Origin: Octopus vulgaris
Taxonomy: Eukaryota
Direction: 5' to 3'
Assembly: GCA_951406725.2 (NCBI GenBank)
Contig: OX597817.1
Location: 81,840,001 to 81,904,000, forward strand
Length of the DNA: 64,000 nt
Shown here: positions 13,095-27,547 of the stretch, piece by piece
Layout: every line of letters starts with the position of its first letter
Numbering within the stretch: position 1 is the first letter of the stretch
The notes under the pieces: generated by a model
Database searches by the model: none
What the model saw: only the letters and a program-made list of their open reading frames with translations
Told to the model about the DNA's origin: nothing
Program-made: the position numbers and the translations under genes

Positions 13095-13751
13095 CATATA
13101 TATATATATGTATAAGATATATATACATATACATATATACACACATACATATATATGTATGCATATATATACATATATATATACATTTTGTCACGTGTAG
13201 ACTTCGACTTTTTCGATTCAAAAGGGCGTTACGTACATGCTATTATTTAGTTTTGAGATTCACTGTTCCTAAAAAGAATTATATATATATATACCGACAC
13301 ATGCACATATATAGGTATATGTCTACATATAAGAACATACACACACACGTACAGATGAATATATAAATGCATATAGACACATTTAAGTATCCACTTATAC
13401 ATACACTCATACCTATACCACACGTGCGCCAATATCGTTGAGTCTCCAACCCACGTGTTATTTAAAAAAAAATGATATCAAACAATGATGGTCTCTATTT
13501 AATTAAAAATTTCAGTTTTTCAATGTACCATGTAATACTGTACAATTATAAATACATGCTGTTATTTAACACGCACGGTCAAACACACGTATACACGCGC
13601 GGGTACACGCACACATACACACACATACAACCACACAGTTACACACACACAGACGCACACACACCCAAATTCGACAATTGGAGTATTGTGGCTATTGTTT
13701 TCTGCTGCGTGGGCGATACGGAGTAGAGACAGAGTAAGAGAAATCGATATG

Positions 13752-13791
<40 letters not shown>

Positions 13792-13939
13792 TGTTTATAT
13801 ATATATATATATATATACTCTATGTATGTACGTATATATGTATACATGTGTATATATATAATATAAATAATATATATATATATATATATGCATATATACA
13901 TACGTATAAGTACAAACTTACATCTATACGTATATATAT

Positions 13940-13970
<31 letters not shown>

Positions 13971-13971
13971 A

Positions 13972-14328
13972 GCATATGTGGGCACAGGATGTTACGAAAC
14001 GTGTACAAAAAATATACGACGCCTGAGTCCATGGAACATGAACTATTCTTTCGAAGAACGAAAGACACGAATAGAAAACAAAACAAACAGCATAAAGAAC
14101 GACCCTTCATCAGTTGTTGGTTGTTTTTCTAGTCTCGTATTTCGAGCATTTAACAACAATATACGCTTTCGATAAAACAGTTGCTCCTGCAAAGCAAATT
14201 AAATAAAATTTGAGACTTTGCGGAGGGTCAAAATTGGTAACACTAAGCCTAAACGAGGTTGTGGTGGAAAGCAGCTTAAATCAAGGTAGAACAGGACAAA
14301 GGGTCGTTTTTTATGTTGTTTGTTTTGT

Positions 14329-14408
<80 letters not shown>

Positions 14409-15086
14409 GTATAGATGTATGTACATATACGTATGTATATTTGCATATATATATTATTTATATTATTATAGGATTGAACGCCATGCATCCTCTTCCAAGT
14501 AAATTTCATCCTAATAAGTCTGATGCGCACTCTATACGTTCTCTTTACTTTTTCGTTTTTCTTTCTTTTTCTCTGTCTTATCATTTTACCTCCTCTTCTT
14601 CCACTATTCTATCCTATTGCTCTGTCACTCTCTCTCCCTCACTCCTCCACCCTTGCACGTGGCTCCCACGAGGACATCGACCATTTTTCTTTCATTCTCT
14701 CCGTTGTAGCTGGAACAAGGAAGACATGTTCTTATTTGTCTCCTGTCCTACCTTGATTTACGCGTTCGCCACCACAACCTCGTTTAGGCTTAGCAACTCT
14801 ACCTGTTCGCTTTCGCTGCCCTCTTTGTGTTACCAGTTTTGACCCTCCGCAAAATCCAAAATTTTATTTAATTTTGCTGTTTTATCGGAGGCGTATATTG
14901 TTGTTAAATGCCCGAAATACGAGGCTAGAAAAATAGCCAACAACTGATGAAGTGTCGTTCTTTATGCTGTTTGTTTTGTTTCCATTCGTGTCTTTCGTTC
15001 TTCGAAAGAATAGTTCATGTTCCATGTATACGTGCTTCGCATTTTTTTGTTTTTGTACACGTTTCGTGACGTCCTGTGCCCACATA

Positions 15087-15090
<4 letters not shown>
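13972..15090. mobile_element. PLE-like element (14470-15090, plus) preceded by an inverted copy of its own 3' part (13972-14270)
   Basis: About 300-bp inverted arms containing CTGATGA and GAAA boxes. The element start recurs at 15598-15640 and a tail-like piece at 33520-33603. Confidence 0.6.
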
Positions 15091-15124
<34 letters not shown>

Positions 15125-15131
15125 TATATAC

Positions 15132-15174
<43 letters not shown>

Positions 15175-15181
15175 TATATAC

Positions 15182-15267
<86 letters not shown>

Positions 15268-15269
<2 letters not shown>

Positions 15270-15562
15270 AGGCGCAATGGCCTAGTGGTTAGGGCAGCGG
15301 ACTCGCGGTCGTAGTATCGCGGTTTCGATTCCCAGACCGGGCGTTGTGAGTGTTTATTGAGCGAAAACACCTAAAAGCTCCACGAGGCTTCGGCAGGGGG
15401 TGGTGATCCCTGCTGTACTCTTTCACCACTCTTTCTCCCTCTCTTTCTTCTGTTGGCCTGCTCGCTTAGCCAGCGGGGTGGCGTCATTCGAAGGCTAAAA
15501 CAATGCGAACGCATTGTGACCAGCGATGGTCTGGTCGGTCACGTGATCACGTGATCACGTGA
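15268..15562 (+). mobile_element. tRNA(Arg)-derived SINE (head B1 plus tail T1)
   Basis: TGGCCTAGTGG A box, CTCGCGG loop with TCG anticodon-like triplet, GTTTCGATTCC B box, (CACGTGAT)n end. Confidence 0.85.
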
Positions 15563-15633
15563 TATATATATATACATACATATATATTATTTATATTATG
15601 ATTGAACGCCACGCATCCTCTTCCAAGTAAGTT

Positions 15634-15705
<72 letters not shown>

Positions 15706-16019
15706 GTATATATATATGTGCTCCTATACATATCAAAGATGATTGTGTAGTTGTTGCTTTCGTTTAGCCACAAGGTGAAACCTGACTGAGCCTAGAAGAT
15801 AATGTTTTTTCATGTAGATGGTTTTGGAAGGTGTGACGTAAGTAAGGCCTAGACAGGCTGTGACTTGTGATTGGGTTAGGGCAATTTGTGTCGTTAGTGT
15901 TCTGCTGAAGCTGTGCGAAGTTCTCATATGGTGAGTCAAAAGATATAAATAAGGATGAGTAAGAAACAGAGTGGATACATGGATAGAAAGGTTGGAGGAA
16001 CACTGAGGAAATTTTAACA

Positions 16020-17350
16020 GTTAGAAACGAATAGGGCGGAGACATGAACGGTGAGGAGACACGAACAGTGAGGGTACATGAACAAGGCGATATGAATAGG
16101 GAGGAGACAAACAAGGAAAGAACATGAACAGGGAAGGGACATGTACAGAGAGGAGAATGAACAGGGTGGCTTCACATAGGGGTGACATGAACAAGGAATA
16201 GTCATGAACAAAGAGGAGAAATGAACAAGGAGGAAAATAAACACTGAAGAGACATGAACAGGGAGGCACATGGACAGGGAGAGACATGAACAGAGACGAG
16301 AAATAAACAGGGAAGAGACATGAACACTGAGGAGACATGAACAGACAGGTTGGATGAACAGGGAGGAGACATTAGCAGTGAGGAGACATAAACAAGGAGG
16401 AGAAATGAATAGGGAGGAGAACAAGGAAAGAACATGAACAGGGAAGAGACATGAACAGAGAGGAAAATGAACAAATAGGAGAAATAAACAGAGAAGAAAG
16501 ATAAACAGGGAAGCACATGGACAGGGAAAAGACACGAGCAGAGACGAGAAATGAACAGGGGAGAGACATGTACATGGGGGAGATATAAATGAATGGGGAG
16601 AAATAAACAGGGAGGAGACATGAACAATGCAGAGAAATGAACAAGGAGGAGACTTGAATAGGTAGGAGACACGAATATGTAGGAGACATGAATAGGGAGG
16701 AAACAAGAACAATGGGAAATCATGAGCAGGGAAGAGACGTAAATATGAAGGTGGCGTGAATAAGGAGGATATGTGAACAGAGGAGAGACATGGGCTGAGA
16801 AGCAGGGAAATGAACAGAGAGGAGATATGAACAGGGAAATGCCATGAACAGGAAGGAGACATGAACAGAGGGCAATACGGACACGGAGGAGACATTAATA
16901 GGGAGAAGTGAACAGGGGTTTCCTAAATAGTAAGACACCGTGAACAGCGTGGAGCTATGAACAATGAGGAGACGTGAACAGATAGGATAAATGAATAGAG
17001 AAGTGACTGAACAGGGAGGTATCATGAACAGGGTGGAGACATGAGCGATGAGGGGACATTATCAGGAAAGAGACTTGAACAGGATGTAGACATGAAAAGG
17101 GAAGATAATGAACAGGGAGGAGTCATGTACAAGGAAGAGACATGAACAGTTAGGGGACATAAACATAGAGGAGACAGTAACAGGGGGAAACATGAACAAG
17201 GAACAGACATGAGCAGGAAAGACACATGAAGAGTGAAGCTACTTGAACAGTGAGAAAATATGAACAGTGAGGAGACATGAACAGAGAAGAGACATGAACA
17301 GGGAGGAGAGACGTGAACAGGGAGGAGTCGTTAACAATGACGAGACGTTA
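16020..17350. repeat. Degenerate ~17-bp minisatellite (consensus ATGAACAGGGAGGAGAC)
   Basis: Dozens of purine-rich units visible; explains the long minus-strand ORFs. Confidence 0.9.
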
Positions 17351-17553
17351 AAAGTTAATTATCGGCTGAGTTTAGAAAAAAGTAGACACACATAAGCGTG
17401 CGTGCACCCACACACGCACATATCCCCCCCTCGTCCATCAATAGTATAGAAAGGAATGCTTTTATATTGCTTTTTAAACTAGAGATGCTCTGTAAAATTT
17501 GAATATATTTGAATTTTTCTGATTTGCACAGTGCAAAAAAGCGAGACATTTGC

Positions 17554-17584
<31 letters not shown>

Positions 17585-17908
17585 TGTATGTATGTATAAA
17601 TTAGCATACACATATTTGTGTGTGCTTGTATATTTTTCTGTAAATATACATGTACGTTTAATATAACTGAATATGTATATATAGCAATATATGAATATAT
17701 GAATGAATGTAGTTTTGTATAGTTATATATATTTGCAAACATGTATATTCGCATAAATATAAATATATATTCACACGCATATATATGCATATATATGTAT
17801 ATAAACATGCACACACACACGCACTCCCACACACTCATGTATATATTCATTAATGCATATATGCATATACACACATCTATGTATGTATGTGTACACATAC
17901 ACACACAC

Positions 17909-17967
<59 letters not shown>

Positions 17968-18072
17968 TACATACATACATACACACACATACACACACAC
18001 GCACACACACACACACACACATATATATACGAAAAAGTGAGGGAGAGAAAGAGAGAGAGAGAGGGAGAGAGA

Positions 18073-18145
<73 letters not shown>

Positions 18146-19293
18146 CGAGAGAGAATATGTATGCACCGAGAAATCTTTTAAATTTGTATTCTACAACTCT
18201 AAGTCATATAATTTCAGTTTCGTGACATGACTAATGAAGAACCAAGCAGCATAATGCTTTTCGTCACCATTTTGAATTTAGGCGTTATAATAGTAAACGT
18301 TCGCAATTTTACGTTTGCTCACAGGAGCGGCCAAAGTCAGGAGTGGCATCGAATATTTAGTCGAAGCCTACCACTGCAAGCAACAATTTAAAGTAGGAAA
18401 CGTGCATTAACTTGTAGGATGGATAATAATTACGCCAGAGATTCTCATGCCGGTATTTCCGTGCAGTGAGAATAGAGTAGGAGTTTAAGTTCGTTGTTAG
18501 GTATTCATTGAATTACGAAAAGAGCTATGAGTAAGGTATGTTACTCAATTTGTGCAGATAACAAGTATAAAACAAAACAAACAAAAAAGCAAAGAAAAGA
18601 GAAGAGAAACTCAGAGGGATTGACGAAGTAACACACACGCATACACACACGCATATACATACATATAGAAATGTATGACAAATATAAAACAGTGGCTCTT
18701 TATATGATTATATAGACCCAGTATGTTGCAACAGAGAGAACATAATGAATATTTGTTGGGGTAAGCCTGCGTACGATTGAGTCTATCATAGTATATTTCT
18801 GGTTTATCCATCTTTTTTTCATATCATTTATAATCTCTACAGGGGTGGTTATAAGACAAATGTAAGTTGCCATGGAGTTTTAAGGGGGATTTATTTAATT
18901 CGAAATATAAGAAGAACAAGTCAAAATTCGCCAACTCGTCTTCATTTACGACTGATTCTGGTATCCTAGCATTTAGACTTTATTTCATGTTACTACATGT
19001 TCCTTCTTTTCCAACGATTTGTAATTTCTAATTGTGCTTTATATACATACATGCATGCATGCATACATACATACATACATACATACATACATACGTACAT
19101 ACATACATACATTCGTACGTACATATAAACATACATACATACATCCATTCGTACGTACATATATACATACATACACAGACATACATTCACATCTATTTAT
19201 TTATCTATTTCAATGTTTCCTTTAGGCATGGGGATATCAATATCTAGTTTCCTATGTACATATATAACTATACATACAAACAAATATATATAC

Positions 19294-19349
<56 letters not shown>

Positions 19350-19481
19350 ATGTATATATATATATGTATGTGTGCATATATATGCATACACTTACATATA
19401 TACACATATACATATATATACATACATAGATATATACATACATATATACATAGATATATACATACATACATACATACATAG

Positions 19482-19519
<38 letters not shown>

Positions 19520-21199
19520 TTACTTATGTATATACACATTCGTATACATATACGCTTACATATATTTACATACATAATACAAATATACATAGATACACAC
19601 ATATATATATACACACACACTGGCATACACACACACTTATATATATACATAAGTTTGGACGGCCCTATTTGAATATCCTTGATTGTGTTTTGCTTTGAAA
19701 ATTGTGTAATATAGAACTCATTGTGATATACATAGAAAATAATCCATCTTTGGAGCAATTTTTAGTTTACTTCTTTCATGAGCATAATCGTCATTAAATA
19801 TTTGCCGCATAGAAGCAACGTTGTAACAGCTAAAAAAATTTGAAGCTTTTTATGACGTTCGATTTTTGCCGTCTATCCTATAACATTACATATACATACA
19901 TGCATGCATACATACATACATACATACATACATACATACATACATACATACATAAATACATGTATGCATGCACATACATATATATATATATATGAATGTA
20001 TGTATATCCTCCTCAAAAATGCACTCCCTTTTTACACGCAGGCTATCATTTGTTCGACCTAGAAACTGCCTTACTGTGAGGTAATGGAGTTAGTGCAAAA
20101 CCGTTGGAATATATTTGCTATTTGAAAATGAATCAAAAATTGGCCTAGTTTGTTTTTTTTTCTTGCCTTGTCCTAAATACTGATCGAGTTTGAAAATTAT
20201 GATTGATCCAGCTTCGAAATGGAATCGAAATTAAACACTATCGAATCGATAACATTTTTCTATTATTCGACTGGTGTACATATGATGGATGTGAGTGTAT
20301 GTTGTCTTGTATGCAAGTCTTGTGTAGTGCTGGGTGTGCAGATTGTCTTGTATTCATGTCTTGTGAATGGTTATGTTTATTAGTTAAGGAAATTTCATTG
20401 AAGAAAAAAAAAACACTCCTGATTAGTCAGCCCGATAATTAAAGACATATGATTAATGAATTGATTTAATTTTGATATTAAAGGAATTTCTTTTAAAACA
20501 CGGTACGTAATATTTGATGCGAACCTCAACAATTTAAAATTACTTAAAGATCTTTAATGTCTACAGAAATTTTCTTTATATATATTTCGGTTATAATTTG
20601 CATGCGACGAAAATTGTTTGTTTAAATTTGTTAGCTTTAACTTTTTGTTTGGTATCAAATTCCCGATACCAAAATTACCACATTATAAGCAATAAAATAG
20701 ACAAAATTAAAAGCAGGCAGTTTAAAATAAAATTAAGAAAGAAATGAATATGCAATTCAAGGCAAGTGATTATTAATTAACAAGGAAAAATAATTTATAT
20801 AAATTGACTACCGAACATCTAACATTCAAAAAGGAACCAACTACTTATCGCTGGAGACCAGTTTCCCAGGCATATTCATCCATATCCCTTAATGGCGTAC
20901 TATGAACTGTTGCATATAGTTTAGCCGTGGCTTCGTAATTATTCAGTGTTTGTTTAAACTTTAGTAATCAGTAATTAATTCTATTGTTATGGATATTGAA
21001 TAAAAGAAAATACTAATAAAAAAATTATCTGTCACTTATTCCATTTCCTTGGCTTATTTTATAATTCAAGAATCAGAAAAAAGTTTTGTTTGTTAATACA
21101 AGCTTTCCAGTATTCTATATTAAGGAATTTTGTGCTTATGTCAGTAACTAATGTTTTACATTAAATGTCATATAGTTTTGGCTGACATTTAATTTTGAT

Positions 21200-21393
21200 T
21201 TCAAATTTCGGTACAAGGCATGCAGTTTCAGGGGAGGGGGTAAATCAATTACATCGACCCCAGTGTTCAACTGGTACTTATTTTATCGATCCCAAAAGGA
21301 TGAAAGACAAAGTCGAGTTCAGTGGAATTTGAACTCAGAACGTAAAGACACGTGATATGCCGCTAAGTTAAATAATTCAACCAGTTCGCCGCC
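21200..21393 (-). mobile_element. SINE family C
   Basis: Reverse complement of the family C consensus (ACATCGACCCCAGTG..CTGGTACTTATTTTATCGA). Confidence 0.75.
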
Positions 21394-22394
21394 AGACTGA
21401 CATTTAATTTTATAAATGAGGTTGTTTAGTTACAGATCAGCGTCGACCGAGTAGATCTATGATTAAAGCTGTCCTAGCCACGACCATTTCATTCTTTTTG
21501 ATGCCAGTGATAAAATTGTTTAGTGCATGATCCTTTATTTAAGACTAAAGGTCGTGATTTGAAAGAGATTTGGCTGTTATTTTTAGCTTGTCAAACTAAT
21601 ATATTTTTCTCGTTAATGCGACAGAAATAATTGTCTACAGTTATGCCTGGAAAATATTCTTGATTGATTAAGGAAGATTATGGTATCAGAAAAAAACCTT
21701 ATGAAATTTGTAAAACAAGCAAAGAAAAAAAATGGAACGGCAGAGGATAATAAAAAGTGCATATATAATATAATTCTTACTGCTCTGGAAATTATAATTC
21801 TTGAAATTTTTCTTTGTTTCCTGGATTTGGGAGTTCGGTCAATATTTTCTTCTACCTTACTGCTTCATAGCCCATTCTTATAATAACTCTTACTCTATTA
21901 AGAATCTGACGTAACTAGATTCGGTTGGCTACTTATTATTTATTTATTTATTATGAGTTTTCTTAATTTGAAACAGAAAAAAGAAAGAAGCAACTGTTGA
22001 ACTTAATCGTTGAAGTATTTACAAAATTTTAACATGTCAAATATAGGGTATTTTTCAATTTAGATATTTGAAATATAAATTTTGTTTTATTAAAGAAAAC
22101 GAAATGTAGTCTTATTAAAGATATAGAAAAAAACTCATCTATCTACAACATAAATTATACCTAAAAGGTTTGTAAAGAAAGGCCACTATATTGTTACACG
22201 ACGTCAGCAATTTGAATTTAGCGCCATTTGTATTCTCGTTGTCGTTAATATTTGTGGTGTCTTTGTTCTCTGCTTCTTCGTTTTAATTTATGAATTTCAT
22301 TCGTTTTATCAATTATTTTTTTTCTATTCATGATTTTTGTTTCAGATTTCATCTTTATTTAATTTCATTCGAACTTTCTTTAGTTGCTTTTGTG

Positions 22395-22815
22395 CTGGCA
22401 GAATCGTTTGGAGCGTCGGATAAAATGCTTAAATGTTACTTCTTTGACTCTTTACGCTCTGAGATCAAATCTCGCCGAAGTCATCTTTGCCTTTTCTCTT
22501 TTCGGAGTCAATAAAATAAAGTACCAGTCATGCACCAGGGTTGATGCAATCGACTATCTTTTCACCAACAAGTTTCAGGCCTTCTACCTATATTAGAAAT
22601 AGATATCTATAAGCTCCAAAAGGAGGCGAACTGGCAGAAGCGTTAGAGCGGTGGACAAGATGTCTTACGTTATTCTTATTCCTTACGTTTTGTGTTCAAA
22701 ACCCACGGAGGCCAGCTTAGCCTTTCATCCTTTTAGAGGCCAATAAAATAAAGAACCAGCCAACTACTGGAATCAATGGAATCAACTAATACTCTCCATT
22801 AAAAATTGCCAGTCT
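22395..22815 (+). mobile_element. Tandem dimer of SINE family C
   Basis: Two head-to-tail units starting CTGGCAGAA at about 22396 and 22632. Confidence 0.75.
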
Positions 22816-23144
22816 AGATTATAATTACTTACTAAGTAGCAAATCTACGAAAAGTGAGTTTAGTGCAACATTTGAAGAAACGAGAAGTCAAACAGCATAA
22901 AAGTTTAAAATCCCTTCTTAAAATATAGAAGAGAAGAGAAGAGAGAGAAAGAGAGAGAGAGAAGGGAGGCGAAAGAGAGAGGCCGTATCTATATTATAAT
23001 GATCTCGACAGATTTTTGTTACGAACACTAAATGGAAGATGGACGGTGGAGAAGAAGTATGAAAAGCACCTTTAGTCTGCTGTACATTTTCTCTTTATAA
23101 ATCAAAGAATATAAGGGTATGAAAAAAATCAGCTGCTGAAAAAC

Positions 23145-23278
23145 TTTGCTTCTCAACCACATGACCTCGGGTTCAATCCCATTGCATAGCACCTTGGGCA
23201 AATGTCTTCTACTATGGCCTAGAGCCGATCAAAGCCTTGTAAGTGGATTTGATAGACAGAAACTGAAAGAAGCCCGCC

Positions 23279-23358
<80 letters not shown>

Positions 23359-23592
23359 TGAAGTGTGTGTTTCTTCGTGTCTGGATTTGTTTCGCCCCCT
23401 CCCACCATTTCAAAACCAATGTTGGTGTATTTACGTTATCGCAACTTAGCGGTTTGGCAAAAGACACCGATAGAATAATTGCCAGGCCTAAAAGAATAAG
23501 TACTGGGATCGATTCGTTCGACTAAAATTCTTCAACCCGGTGCCCCTACATGGCCGCAGTCCAATGACTGAAAGAAGTAAAAGATAAAAAGA
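23145..23592 (+). mobile_element. SINE family A, diverged
   Basis: Colinear with 584-991, with expanded internal (TA)n. Confidence 0.85.
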
Positions 23593-23766
23593 TACAAAAC
23601 AAACGTTGTGTTTTCCCCCTGCCGTCTTCAGATCTGAAGATATATAACTATTTCTGTATCTGCATTCTTCACTTTGTCATTTTCGTGACCATTCTAATAT
23701 ATTTTTGTCTAATATATGTACTTTATTAATTTAAGGACATAATAAAGGACATAATAATGACATTTA

Positions 23767-23830
23767 ATGGCGGTGCCCCAGCATGGCCACAGCTCATTAG
23801 CTGAAACTGGAAAAATCAAAAAATCAAAAA
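23767..23830 (+). mobile_element. ~60-bp LINE/SINE 3' tail stub (also 36476-36540 and 37201-37260)
   Basis: ATGGCGGTGCCCCAGCATGGCCACAGCTCATTAGCTGAAACT plus short tandem tail; related to the family A tail. Confidence 0.75.
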
Positions 23831-23857
23831 TAATACTAATAATAATAATAATAATAA

Positions 23858-24086
23858 TGTCATGTGCTGTTTATCTTGATATGAAATCACCATGTCTTCA
23901 TATGAGATCACCAGCAAAGTCATGTGTTGTTTATCTTGATATGAGATCATCATGACGCGTATATATGGTTGTGATGCATGTGCCTAGTGTACCCTTATCA
24001 GACGGGTAGTCATGATGGGTATACTGGGCTTCGTATATTTTACCCCAGTGTTACTTTGATGGCATGCACTGCTCTCTCACTCAATG

Positions 24087-24158
<72 letters not shown>

Positions 24159-24166
24159 GTAATAAT
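23858..24166 (+). mobile_element. Retroposon 3' end with (AAT)n tail
   Basis: Internal ~35-bp duplication GTCATGTG.TGTTTATCTTGATATGA; ends in a long (AAT)n. Confidence 0.5.
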
Positions 24167-24912
24167 AGATAGGAAATTGAAGGTGTATCTTGGGTATTGG
24201 ATTCGCAAACTCTTAATCAATGGTCGATAGATAACTTCTTTTGTCTGTGTTTTTGGATGATGAACAAAATAAGATGCATTCCTTCAAAACCTTGCTCCAA
24301 ATATGTGGCCGATCAAAATGTATGTTTGCATGTATGTATGTGTAGATATTCTGGATATATAAACAGACATTCAGGCATCTATATATATTCGTATAAACAT
24401 ACGCACTTATAGATAGATGAATAGATAGATAGATAGACAGATATGTATATATTTACACACATATATACATGCTTAGATACGACATGGCGAGATGACTCAG
24501 GATGGCAAACCCAGAAGACGACCAAAGCTGGGATTTAAATAAAACATCTAAGAGCAGCATATGACCAAGTGCTATATCGCTGCAAAGACTTGGAAAAAGT
24601 TAGCCTTTTCCAAGTCTTTGCAGGAAGAAAACATCCTGGCCCTTGTAGCAAAACACCAAAGAAAGAAATACAACACACTGCAGGCCTGCATCGCCTTCCT
24701 TGTTTGAAGATTTTGCAGCAGAACTTTTCATCAAACATACGAAAGATCAGTCATGACAGAAGCTGCAGTAAGAAGGCTACGAATACTTAAGACATTCTCT
24801 ACTGCTTAGACTATCTGTGAAGACATACAGAGCCGAATAATATACTCACAAATACTAATATGTTCACAATACAAATACATACACATATATAGTGAGTAAC
24901 AGGTTCCTCATA

Positions 24913-24978
24913 TTACCTAAAATCTCGTGGACATGAAGTAAGTATCTGAAGTTTCACGTCCACGAAATCTTCAGTAAC
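24913..24978 (-). ncRNA. HHR-like motif in a short inverted repeat
   Basis: Minus strand gtta-CTGAAGA-tttcgtggacgt-GAAA-cttcaga; degenerate mirror copy on plus at 24913-24940. Confidence 0.45.
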
Positions 24979-25092
24979 ACAAAGGAATAAGACAACTGCT
25001 TAATCAATAAATATAACTTCAAATGATTTCAGTGCTTCATCCGTTCGCTTGTTTACTCACTTGCAATACACACACAGACACACACACACACG

Positions 25093-25192
<100 letters not shown>

Positions 25193-25213
25193 CCTACCTA
25201 CCTACCTACCTAC

Positions 25214-25280
<67 letters not shown>

Positions 25281-25281
<1 letters not shown>

Positions 25282-26100
25282 GCCCCAAACCGAAAGGATG
25301 AGTGAATATGAGCAGAAGACTATGCATGGGATATGTTAGTAGAAAGCTCCGCGATGATAGTAACATCGATCATCAAAGCAGTCTATCATGGATCAACAAC
25401 CGAATTACTACTTACCATTGTGAAGGTTATGCGTTTCCAATCCAGGAACAGGAAATATCAACCAAATACCTGATGCACAAAAGGGACAGAGATGTAGGAA
25501 AAGTAGCAAAATGTGACAACCGATGCAGACTTTGTAGAGTAAACACCTAAGACATCACCCACATCATAAGCGGTTCTCCGAAAATGTCATTACGCTATTA
25601 TCTATCGATGAAACATGACGCTGTTGCTAGGATACTCTATAATGAAATCCGTCGGTAAGGATAACCCCGGGGACAAAAAAGTAAGAACCCACAGAATGGT
25701 AGAAGCCATAGCCACTCATAATGAAAAGGAGTACAGGTGGAATGTCCTAGTGTAAACCTCAATAAAGTGTAAACGATATAGAGCTGATATAATAATTTGG
25801 GATAGAGAAGAGAAACTATATACAGTTGTGGAAATCAGCTGGCCAGCAGATGTTAACATGAAGCTGAAGAGAACACCTATGCTGAACTATTGAGAAATCT
25901 GCAGTTGCTATATCCAGATTACAAGTTCAGGTCTATAGTTGTAATTATTTGGGCACTAGGCTATGTAACTCACTGCCTAAATACCAATCTTGAGAAATTA
26001 GGCTTCTCAAAACCAAAGAGGAGAAAGGTGATTTGAAGACTACAGATCCAAGCCATCACAGGAACTGTAAAAATCTGTAAAATTTTCCAGAAGTTTGTCA

Positions 26101-26103
<3 letters not shown>
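25281..26103 (+). pseudogene. R4/Dong-like (RLE) LINE 3' fragment
   Basis: EGYAFPIQEQEISTKY, CCHC knuckle CRLCRVNT..HIISG, then DIIIWDREEKL..VEIS restriction-like endonuclease motif; stops and frameshifts; flanked by microsatellites. Confidence 0.85.
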
Positions 26104-26160
<57 letters not shown>

Positions 26161-26376
26161 CGTTATGAGAGGTAATGGTGTCAATAAGACCCAAAGGTGT
26201 CTGGTAATGCTGAGTACATGCTATGGACAGACCATAGTTAAGCTTCAGGTTCGGTGATTATGCGAATAAGGAGTCCAACGTAGGTCATATATCAGCATGT
26301 GTATATATATAAAAAAATTTTCAGAAATGTTCTAAAATCTTTCACAGTCTTGGATTTTTAATTCATTCTGAAAATA

Positions 26377-26443
<67 letters not shown>

Positions 26444-26697
26444 CATACACACATACACATACATACATGCATGCTTACATACATAAATATATACATACAT
26501 AAATGTTGGAACTCACTAGCTACTCAGTATTACAGGTAACTTCAACATTAATGGAAATTTAGACATACTATACTTCCCATGCAAGGATGTGGTTTTGGCT
26601 TCAAATCTGTATTGATGTCAAATGAAGTACGTATTGTGACATCTGAAGCAGAAGAGACAATTAAATATCTTACTCAAGTTTGTGACCATCAAATCAA

Positions 26698-26842
26698 CAA
26701 CATAATTAGGATAACTAATGAACTTGACAAAAGCTGATACAGATCTCTCCACTAGGATTTATATATATATATATATATATATATATCATATATATGATCT
26801 GTATCAGCTTTTGTCAAGTTCATTAGTTATCCTAATCATGTT

Positions 26843-26844
<2 letters not shown>
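26698..26844. repeat. Inverted repeat (~47-bp arms) around (TA)n
   Basis: AACATAATTAGGATAACTAATGAACTTGACAAAAGCTGATACAGATC and its reverse complement. Confidence 0.85.
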
Positions 26845-26893
<49 letters not shown>

Positions 26894-26974
26894 TTATGAG
26901 AGGTAATGGTGTCAATAAGATCCAAAGGTCTTACTCAGGTAATGCTGAGTAAGTGCTATGGACAGACCATAAAA

Positions 26975-27420
26975 TATATTTATTAGAGCAAGAAAATAAA
27001 AGAAAGGAACTTGTTCACTGAGAAGATATTACATGGGTTCCTGACACGTAAAACACAAACTATTGAAGGGATGGATCATGTTATAAGTTTGGAAATGAGT
27101 ACCGACAAGTTTATGATATTCCACTTCGAAAGCTATGTTCATGTAATCCAAGACAAATGGTCCCTACCAAGCATTTACAGCATAAAAGGCAGAAAACATT
27201 GACAGAAAACAAATGTAGGCTATGCAAGACCAAAACTGAAGACACCACCCACATTATTCCCAATTGCGAGAGAATGTCTTCCAGATATTATCTTCCCATG
27301 AGGTTTGATGTGGTTGCCAGAACAGTCTGGAACAGGATAACAAAAAAGAAAACGCCTACAGACAAAGTTGACCATATCGAGAATATTGGTGGAACTCAAA
27401 GATTAAAACAGCCACCGATT
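26975..27420 (+). pseudogene. R4/Dong-like LINE fragment (different subfamily)
   Basis: FESYVHVIQD and CRLCKTKTEDTTHIIPNC..RYYLPMRFDVVA zinc-knuckle region. Confidence 0.8.
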
Positions 27421-27447
27421 TAAAACACAATCGGTCAGATATTGTTG

Positions 27448-27547
<100 letters not shown>

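Noticed and set aside
16014-16895. 293-aa minus-strand ORF
   Set aside because: Product of the 17-bp minisatellite; open in several frames with no domain.
16020-17350. CRISPR-like array
   Set aside because: Contiguous degenerate units with no unique spacers, no cas genes, and eukaryotic context.
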